A DNA stretch of 64,000 nt from Nitrospinota bacterium (lineage in GTDB: Bacteria > JADFOP01). The stretch is from the NCBI GenBank assembly GCA_022562795.1, contig JADFOP010000001.1, positions 20,691 through 84,690 of the forward strand. The letters are read 5' to 3'. Shown in pieces: positions 57,688 to 64,000 of this stretch. Numbering within the stretch: the stretch's first letter is position 1; every line of letters begins with the position of its first letter. A program made the translations under genes and the position numbers. The notes beneath the pieces are model-generated. The model worked only from the letters and a program-made list of their open reading frames with translations. It did not search any database and was not told the origin of the DNA.

Positions 57688-58140
57688 TCAGGCGCCCCCG
57701 GCCTCTTTCTTCCTCGTAAGTCCCGCCAGACGCTTCTTGACCTTCTCGCCGGTGCCGCCCTTCTCGGCCCCTCGGGGCAAGACAGGCGTGTCGACGAGCT
57801 CGATGACAGCCATCTCGGCGTTATCGCCCCGTCGAGGGCCTATTCGGACGATCCTTGTGTACCCACCGGGGCGGGTGGCGTAGCGCTCCGCGAGGGGACC
57901 AAAGAGGTTTGCCATGGCTGCCTTGGTTTTGACTACCCGGAGGGCCTGGCGCCGGGCATGGAGCGTGCCCCGCTTTCCGAGGGTGATGAGGCGCTCGGCA
58001 ACGGGCCGGAGTTCTTTAGCCTTTGCGGTGGTCGTCTGAATCCTTTCGCGGGCGAGGAGCTCCGTTGCGAGGTTGCGCATGAGGGCCTTACGGTGGGCGC
58101 TCGTTCGGTTGAGCCTGCGACCGGCTTTGAGGTGTCGCAT
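57688..58140 (-). CDS. rplQ: 50S ribosomal protein L17
   Basis: [25 protein letters not shown]. Confidence 0.9.
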   Translation of the reverse strand: MRHLKAGRRLNRTSAHRKALMRNLATELLARERIQTTTAKAKELRPVAERLITLGKRGTLHARRQALRVVKTKAAMANLFGPLAERYATRPGGYTRIVRIGPRRGDNAEMAVIELVDTPVLPRGAEKGGTGEKVKKRLAGLTRKKEAGGA

Positions 58141-58150
58141 GAGAGGGGTC

Positions 58151-59176
58151 TCACTCCTCTTCAGTCAACGGGGCCAGTGGCGCCAGCTCATCTGCTTCGA
58201 GGTCGACATCCAGGTCCTCCAGTTTCATACTGAGAGAGAGCCCCATGTCGGTCAGAATATCCTTAATTTCGTTGAGGGATTTGCGCCCGAAGTTGCGGGT
58301 CTTGAGCATCTCGGAGTCGGTCTTTTGGACGAGCTCGGCGATGGTTCTGATATCAGCGTTCTTCAGACAGTTGTACGACCGGACCGAGAGTTCCAACTCC
58401 TCAACACTCTTGCGTAGATTGGTCAGCAAGCGATGGCGCTCTTCGTCGATCGGGGTGGCCACCTCCTCGGGCCCTTCGTCGAAGTTGATGAAAATCTGAA
58501 AGTGGTCCTTGAGAATCTTCGCCGCCTGGGCGATGGCGTCCTCAGGCGTAATCGAGCCGTCAGTCTTCACATCCATGATGAGCTTGTCGTAGTCCGTGTC
58601 GTATCCCACCCGGGTCTTTTCCACGGTGAAGTTGACCTTGAGGACGGGAGAGAAGATGGCATCAATGGGGATGAGCATCGGGTCGCCGTTCTCTTCGACG
58701 TTGCGATCAGCAGGCACGTAGCCACGCCCGATTTTGACCGTCATCTCGATGTTGAGACGACCCTCCTTGTTGAGGGTGGCGATATGGAGGTCGGGATTGA
58801 GAATATCCACGTGGCCCCCGGTATCTATATCCTTGGCCGTCACCTCGCCCTCACCCTTGGCATCGATAACTATAGTATGCGGTTCATCGCCGTGGAGCCT
58901 GACCTTCAGGCTCTTGAGGTTGAGGATGAGGTCGGTCGTGTCCTCCAAGACCCCTGGAATGGTGGAGAACTCGTGGTAGACCCCATCGATCTTCACCGCT
59001 GTGACCGCAGCGCCCTGTATGGAAGAAAGGAGCGCGCGGCGCAAAGAGTTTCCGATAGTGGTCCCGAAGCCCCGCTCGAAGGGCTCTGCCACGAACTGTC
59101 CACTCGTCGGAGTTAGGGTCGCCCGGTCGCTCTCTAACCTTTTGGGCCGATGGAAGCCTTTCCAGAAATTTTTCAT
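58151..59176 (-). CDS. rpoA: DNA-directed RNA polymerase subunit alpha
   Basis: [31 protein letters not shown]; C-terminal domain [20 protein letters not shown]. Confidence 0.95.
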   Translation of the reverse strand: MKNFWKGFHRPKRLESDRATLTPTSGQFVAEPFERGFGTTIGNSLRRALLSSIQGAAVTAVKIDGVYHEFSTIPGVLEDTTDLILNLKSLKVRLHGDEPHTIVIDAKGEGEVTAKDIDTGGHVDILNPDLHIATLNKEGRLNIEMTVKIGRGYVPADRNVEENGDPMLIPIDAIFSPVLKVNFTVEKTRVGYDTDYDKLIMDVKTDGSITPEDAIAQAAKILKDHFQIFINFDEGPEEVATPIDEERHRLLTNLRKSVEELELSVRSYNCLKNADIRTIAELVQKTDSEMLKTRNFGRKSLNEIKDILTDMGLSLSMKLEDLDVDLEADELAPLAPLTEEE

Positions 59177-59237
59177 GGGCTAGCGCCTCCCGTTGGTCGG
59201 TCGGAGCCGAGCGAGCAGCGGCTCCAGGGCCGACTTC

Positions 59238-59864
59238 CTACTTAGAATAAAGCTCGATGATGAGCTGCTCCTGGATATCTTGGTCAATGTCTTCGCGTGC
59301 GGGCAGGCTTAAGACCACCCCGCGTGCCTGCTCCCGGTCGATCTCAAGCCACGCCGGCACCCCCCTGGCATCGACCCGTTCCAAGGCGGTAAGGAAGGCC
59401 TCGAGCCGCCGGCTCTTCTCCTTGACGGCCACCTTGTCGCCCTTGTCGACAATATATGAAGGGATGTTAACCCTGCGGCCGTTGACCAGAAGGTGGTTGT
59501 GGCGCACGAGTTGCCGGGCCTGCTTGCGCGAGTGAGCGAGGCCCAGGCGATATACGACGTTATCGAGCCGCCGTTCAAGGAGGCGCAGCAGGTTCTCGCC
59601 GGTGATCCCCTTTTGGCGGGCAGCTTGATGGTAGTAGTTGCGGAACTGTTTTTCCAGAAGGCCGTATAGGCGCTTGACCTTCTGCTTCTCCCGAAGCCTG
59701 AGTCCGTATTCCGACTGTTTCCGTTGACGCTGGCCGTGCTGGCCCGGCCCATAGCTGCGTCGCTCGAACGCACACTTGTCCGACAAACAGCGCTCCCCTT
59801 TGAGGAAGAGCTTCATTCCCTCCCGCCTGCACAACTTGCAGACACTGTCGATGTAGCGCGCCAC
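59238..59864 (-). CDS. rpsD: 30S ribosomal protein S4
   Basis: [26 protein letters not shown]. Confidence 0.95.
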   Translation of the reverse strand: MARYIDSVCKLCRREGMKLFLKGERCLSDKCAFERRSYGPGQHGQRQRKQSEYGLRLREKQKVKRLYGLLEKQFRNYYHQAARQKGITGENLLRLLERRLDNVVYRLGLAHSRKQARQLVRHNHLLVNGRRVNIPSYIVDKGDKVAVKEKSRRLEAFLTALERVDARGVPAWLEIDREQARGVVLSLPAREDIDQDIQEQLIIELYSK

Positions 59865-59888
59865 ATTCCCTCCGTTTTGTGAGGCCTT

Positions 59889-60284
59889 CTAGACCCGGCG
59901 TCGCTTTGGTGGTCGGCAGCCGTTGTGGGGAATGGGGGTGACGTCCTTTATGAACTCCACCTCCAAGCCCTGGGCCTGGAGACTTCGAATAGCGGCCTCC
60001 CGACCGGAGCCGGGTCCTTTGACGAAGACCTGAATTTTCTTCATCCCTTGGTCTTTGGCCTTCTTGGCGGCAGCTTCGCCGGCCATCTGGGCGGCGAAGG
60101 GGGTGGATTTCCTCGAGCCCTTGAAACCCTGAGTCCCGGCCGAGGCCCAAGCCACCACATTTCCACTCGGGTCGGTGATAGTAACGATGGTGTTGTTGAA
60201 GGTGGATCTGATGTGTGCGACGCCTTCGTAGATAATCTTCTTCTCGCGACGCTTGCGTCCACCTTTACGTTTTGGACTCGCCAT
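59889..60284 (-). CDS. rpsK: 30S ribosomal protein S11
   Basis: [30 protein letters not shown]. Confidence 0.95.
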   Translation of the reverse strand: MASPKRKGGRKRREKKIIYEGVAHIRSTFNNTIVTITDPSGNVVAWASAGTQGFKGSRKSTPFAAQMAGEAAAKKAKDQGMKKIQVFVKGPGSGREAAIRSLQAQGLEVEFIKDVTPIPHNGCRPPKRRRV

Positions 60285-60298
60285 AGCTCAGCTCACTT

Positions 60299-60670
60299 TC
60301 ACTTTTTCCGCTTCGCCCCAACGGTCCGTCGGGGACCCTTGCACGTTCGGGCGTTGGTGGAGGTCCGCTGCCCCCGAACGGGGAGGCCGCGTCGGTGGCG
60401 CAGCCCTCGGTAAGAGCCGATGTCCATGAGGCGCTTGATATTCATGGAGACCTCACGCCTGAGGTCGCCCTCGACGTGATGCTGCGCAGCAATGATGTCC
60501 CGCAACTTGGTGACTTCCTCGTCGGTGAGATCCTTCGCCCGGGTGTCTGGGTTGACCTCAGCTTGAGCGATAATCTTATTGCTTACCGTGCGCCCGATGC
60601 CGTAGATGTAGGTGAGCGCAATCTCTATACGCTTGTTGCTCGGGACGTCGACTCCTGCAATTCGTGCCAA
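60299..60670 (-). CDS. rpsM: 30S ribosomal protein S13
   Basis: [26 protein letters not shown]. Confidence 0.95.
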   Translation of the reverse strand: MARIAGVDVPSNKRIEIALTYIYGIGRTVSNKIIAQAEVNPDTRAKDLTDEEVTKLRDIIAAQHHVEGDLRREVSMNIKRLMDIGSYRGLRHRRGLPVRGQRTSTNARTCKGPRRTVGAKRKK

Positions 60671-60694
60671 GGCGACACCTCCCCCCTTAGGCCT

Positions 60695-60808
60695 TTAGCC
60701 TTGCCTCTGCTTATGTCTCGGATTCGGGCAATCGATCCGCACGACTTTCCCCCGCCGAATGACCTTGCACTGGCGACAAATGGGCTTAACTGATGCCTTT
60801 ACCTTCAC
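60695..60808 (-). CDS. rpmJ: 50S ribosomal protein L36 (37 aa, GTG start)
   Basis: Hand translation of the minus strand: [37 protein letters not shown]; below ORF-track size cutoff. Confidence 0.85.
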   Translation of the reverse strand: MKVKASVKPICRQCKVIRRGKVVRIDCPNPRHKQRQG

Positions 60809-60840
60809 CGCGTCTCACCTTCGAAGCTCGGGGCCTCTAC

Positions 60841-61062
60841 CTACTTATACCGATATGTGATACGGCCCCGGGTTAGGTCATAGGGCGAAAGCTCCACCTT
60901 GACCCGGTCGCCGGGCAGGATGCGTATATAATGCATCCGCATCTTTCCAGAGATATGGGCCAGCACACGATGGCCGTTGTCGAGCTCAACCCGAAACATG
61001 GCGTTCGGCAGCGGTTCGATGACCGTTGCCTCAGCCTCGATGGCCTTCTCTTTCTGGCTCAT
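60841..61062 (-). CDS. infA: translation initiation factor IF-1
   Basis: [42 protein letters not shown]...; ORF-track N-terminal extension rejected. Confidence 0.9.
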   Translation of the reverse strand: MSQKEKAIEAEATVIEPLPNAMFRVELDNGHRVLAHISGKMRMHYIRILPGDRVKVELSPYDLTRGRITYRYK

Positions 61063-61070
61063 AGCAGTCT

Positions 61071-61835
61071 TTATCCCCCCCCGTCCATCTGGGTGAGAAT
61101 TTCCGTACCGTTGTTCGTAATGGCGACGGTGTGCTCGAAGTGGGCAGATAGGCTCCGGTCCGCCGTCACCACTGTCCACTTGTCGTCCAGCGTGCGAACG
61201 TCGTGCGTCCCGGCGTTGACCATCGGCTCGATAGCCAAGACCATGCCCGGCCGCAACGTGGGCCCTTGGCCCGGAGGGCCGAAGTTCGGCACCTGGGGGG
61301 CCTCGTGGAGGTGGGCCCCGATCCCATGGCCCACAAACGCCCGGACGACGAAGTAGCCCGCTCCTTCTGCGTGTTGCTGGATGGCGTGGGAGATGTCGCC
61401 CAAATGGGCTCCCTCCTTAGCCTGAGCTATCCCATTGTATAGGCTCTCGCGGGCTATGCGCAACAGACGTTGTGCCTCGTCGCTCACCTCTCCCACCGGC
61501 ACGGTTAGGGCCCCATCCCCGTAGTAGCCGTCCTTCAAGACACCAAAGTCGAGGCTGACGATGTCGCCTTCCTCAAGGCGTCGGGATGACGATGGGATGC
61601 CGTGGACGACCTCTTCGTTGATCGAGACGCAGACGCTGGCCGGAAACCCTCGGTATCCCTTAAAAGCCGCCACTGCCCCGTGCTTTGTAACACAGGACTC
61701 GGCCAGCCGATCGAGCTCGATGGTTGTCCTGCCGGGCTGTATAGCCTCGGAGAGTCGCTGAAGGGTCTCGGCCACCAAGCGAGAGCTTGCCCGGATCTTC
61801 TCGATCTCGGCCTTAGACTTATATACGATATTCAT
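61071..61835 (-). CDS. map: type I methionine aminopeptidase
   Basis: Metal-ligand pattern D..D..H..E..E ([12 protein letters not shown]). Confidence 0.9.
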   Translation of the reverse strand: MNIVYKSKAEIEKIRASSRLVAETLQRLSEAIQPGRTTIELDRLAESCVTKHGAVAAFKGYRGFPASVCVSINEEVVHGIPSSSRRLEEGDIVSLDFGVLKDGYYGDGALTVPVGEVSDEAQRLLRIARESLYNGIAQAKEGAHLGDISHAIQQHAEGAGYFVVRAFVGHGIGAHLHEAPQVPNFGPPGQGPTLRPGMVLAIEPMVNAGTHDVRTLDDKWTVVTADRSLSAHFEHTVAITNNGTEILTQMDGGG

Positions 61836-62491
61836 TAACGTCCTTCCACGACTCCGAGGATTGAATAAAAAATTTCCTCGATATCGCCTGTGCCGGCGAT
61901 GTTTCTCAGCAAACCCCGCTTTTCGTAATAGGCAATAAGAGGGGCCGTCTGCTCCCTGTAGACCTTCAGTCGCGTTCTGACGGTCTCTTCCTGGTCGTCC
62001 TTGCGCTGGATAATCTCACCACCGCATTTATCGCACACCCCTTGGACGTTCGGGGGGCTGAAGGTCACGTGGTAGGGCTCCTGGCAATCCTTACAGGTCC
62101 TTCTCCCGGCGAGGCGGCGAATGAGCTCGTCGTCGCCCACCTCAATATTCACGACATGGTCGATCGCGCTTCCCAGCTGCTCCAAGGTCTCGGCGAGGGC
62201 GTTGGCCTGGACCTCTGTGCGCGGAAAGCCGTCTAGGATGTAGCCCGCCTGACTATCGGGCTGCTGGAGCCGCTCTTCGATAATGCCGATGACGACCTGG
62301 TTGGGAACGAGGTCACCTCGCTCCATGTAGCCCTGAGCCTCCTTGCCTAATGGCGTGACATCCTTGACTGCCTGCCGGAGGATATCCCCGGTGGAAATTT
62401 GTGGGATGCTGCACTTATCCGCCACCAGCTTGGCCTGGGTGCCTTTGCCCGCGCCTGGCGGGCCCAAAAAAATCAGGTTCATGTGCTCCAC
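61835..62491 (-). CDS. adk: adenylate kinase (with zinc-finger LID)
   Basis: P-loop GPPGAGKGTQ; LID CKDC...CDKC. Confidence 0.9.
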   Translation of the reverse strand: MEHMNLIFLGPPGAGKGTQAKLVADKCSIPQISTGDILRQAVKDVTPLGKEAQGYMERGDLVPNQVVIGIIEERLQQPDSQAGYILDGFPRTEVQANALAETLEQLGSAIDHVVNIEVGDDELIRRLAGRRTCKDCQEPYHVTFSPPNVQGVCDKCGGEIIQRKDDQEETVRTRLKVYREQTAPLIAYYEKRGLLRNIAGTGDIEEIFYSILGVVEGR

Positions 62492-62507
62492 GTCGCTTCC
62501 CTGCGCC

Positions 62508-63812
62508 TCATCGTCGACCCTTCATGCGCCCTTTGCGCATTAGCCCCTCGTAGTGCCGCATTACGAGGTGGGACTCTATCTGCGCCATCGTGTCCATCGC
62601 TACCCCGACAACGATGAGCAGCCCCGTCCCTCCGAAGAAAAACGGGACGTTCATGTAGGCCCGCAGGTAGTCTGGCAGCAGAACGATGGCCGTTAAATAA
62701 ATGGCGCCGACGAAGGTCAGGCGGGTTAGTAGCCGGTCGATGTGCTCGGCGGTGCGCCTCCCTGGTCGGATGCCGGGCACGAACCCTCCGTACTTCTTAA
62801 AGTTATCAGCCACCTCGACGGGGTTGAAGATAATTGCCGTGTAAAAGTAACAGAAAAAGAAGATTAGACCCGCCGTCAAGAGTGTGTATGACAGGGTGGC
62901 GGGGGTCAGGAATCCAGAGATCGACTGGAGCCACTCCGAGTTGGAGAACTGGAGGATGGAGGCCGGGAAGAGCAGGACGCTCGAGGCGAAAATTGGCGGG
63001 ATGACGCCGGAGGTGTTGACTTTCAGGGGCAGGTGGGTCGAGGTCCCGCCGTACATTCGGCGGCCCACCACGCGCTTGGCATACTGGATGGGGACACGCC
63101 TCTGGCCCGACTCGAAAAACACGATGATCGCAACGACCGCAAGCATTATAGCCACGAGCGCCACGATGAGCATGGGCGATAGGATGCCCTCGGAGGCGAG
63201 TGTGGCCGTGGTGCCTATGGCTGAGGGCATTTGAGCCACGATGCCGGCAAAGATGATGAGGCTGATGCCGTTTCCGATCCCGCGCTCGGTAATCTGCTCG
63301 CCGAGCCACATGATGAATGCCGTGCCCGCCGTTAGAGTGGTCATGGTCATCAGACGGAATCCCCAGCCGGGATTGGGAACCACGGAGGTCCCGCCCACGG
63401 AGAACTGCTCAAGCCCGACGGAGATTCCTAAGCTCTGGACTAAGGCTAGCAGGACTGTTCCGTACCGGGTGTATTGGGTGATCTTTTTTCGGCCGGCATC
63501 GCCCTCTTTCTTGAGCTGCTCCAGATGCGGGATCACGACCGTAAGCAGCTCTAGAATAATGGAGGCGCTGATGTACGGCATGATCCCCAGGGCGAAGACG
63601 CTGAAGCGGCTTAGCGCGCCGCCGGTAAACATGTCAAAGAACGCGAGGATGTTGGCCTGCTGCTGTTCGAAGAAGGAGGCCAGTAGAGACCCGTCGACCC
63701 CGGGAGTGGGCACATGCGTTCCGATCCGAAAGACGGTTAGCAGTGCGAAGGTGAAGAGCAACCGGTTCCTCAGCTCCGGAATCTTGAAGATGTTTTGAAA
63801 GCTCTCGCGCAC
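62508..63812 (-). CDS. secY: preprotein translocase subunit SecY (GTG start)
   Basis: 10-TM SecY with conserved N-terminus IPELRNRLLFTFALLTVFRIG. Confidence 0.95.
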   Translation of the reverse strand: MRESFQNIFKIPELRNRLLFTFALLTVFRIGTHVPTPGVDGSLLASFFEQQQANILAFFDMFTGGALSRFSVFALGIMPYISASIILELLTVVIPHLEQLKKEGDAGRKKITQYTRYGTVLLALVQSLGISVGLEQFSVGGTSVVPNPGWGFRLMTMTTLTAGTAFIMWLGEQITERGIGNGISLIIFAGIVAQMPSAIGTTATLASEGILSPMLIVALVAIMLAVVAIIVFFESGQRRVPIQYAKRVVGRRMYGGTSTHLPLKVNTSGVIPPIFASSVLLFPASILQFSNSEWLQSISGFLTPATLSYTLLTAGLIFFFCYFYTAIIFNPVEVADNFKKYGGFVPGIRPGRRTAEHIDRLLTRLTFVGAIYLTAIVLLPDYLRAYMNVPFFFGGTGLLIVVGVAMDTMAQIESHLVMRHYEGLMRKGRMKGRR

Positions 63813-63813
63813 G

Positions 63814-64000
63814 TTACAGCCTTACCACATCGCCGCCAGCGGCGGTGATCTTCTCCGCTGCGGTCTTGGTAAACTTATGGGCATGGACGGTCAGCCGCTT
63901 TGAGAGCGCTCCGTCGCCCAGAATCTTCACCCCGTCCCGAAGCTTCCTAATGAGTCGCTCCTCCACGAGACGCTCGGGGGTGACCTCTTCGCCGTCGTTG
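63814..64000 (-). CDS. rplO: 50S ribosomal protein L15 (partial, 3' end)
   Basis: C-terminus ...[37 protein letters not shown]; continues past window end. Confidence 0.85.
   Translation of the reverse strand, partial: NDGEEVTPERLVEERLIRKLRDGVKILGDGALSKRLTVHAHKFTKTAAEKITAAGGDVVRL

Overview
High-GC (~65%) bacterial chromosomal window with patchy lower-GC islets. The 3' end (57.7-64 kb, minus strand) is the conserved rplO-secY-adk-map-infA-rpmJ-rpsM-rpsK-rpsD-rpoA-rplQ ribosomal/RNA polymerase cluster. Other core genes include uvrA, suhB, nadE with a separate C-N hydrolase, a tRNA-Phe, dcd-thyX, dgt, acpS and a KAS. The most interesting locus is a compact, same-strand, promoter-to-terminator operon at ~43.95-46.81 kb encoding an E2 (UBC)-like protein with an HPH...C active-site signature, a JAB/JAMM metallopeptidase (exact HxHx7Sx2D motif), a ThiF/MoeB-type E1 and a 76-aa beta-grasp ubiquitin-like protein ending in Gly-Gly. 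This is a complete bacterial ubiquitin-like conjugation/deconjugation module of the kind recently linked to phage defence (Bil-like). Other accessory features are listed below. (1) A BrnT/BrnA-like toxin-antitoxin pair with an unusually long zinc-ribbon antitoxin. (2) A Type II R-M pair (PD-(D/E)xK REase + SPPY beta-class MTase) in a low-GC islet. (3) A PD-(D/E)xK+DUF4268 nuclease islet. (4) A structured inverted/direct repeat cluster (20.6-21.1 kb). (5) A fatty-acid-like lipid biosynthesis operon (acpS-GT2-KAS-tandem hotdog DH-hotdog). (6) A translationally coupled hydrolase/enolase-superfamily/SDR operon. (7) Two LarA-family paralogs. (8) A frameshifted GGCT-like gene. (9) A 58-aa DUF1059 gene missed by the >=60 aa ORF track. 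Many long ORFs on the opposite strand of real genes are GC-driven frame shadows and were ignored.
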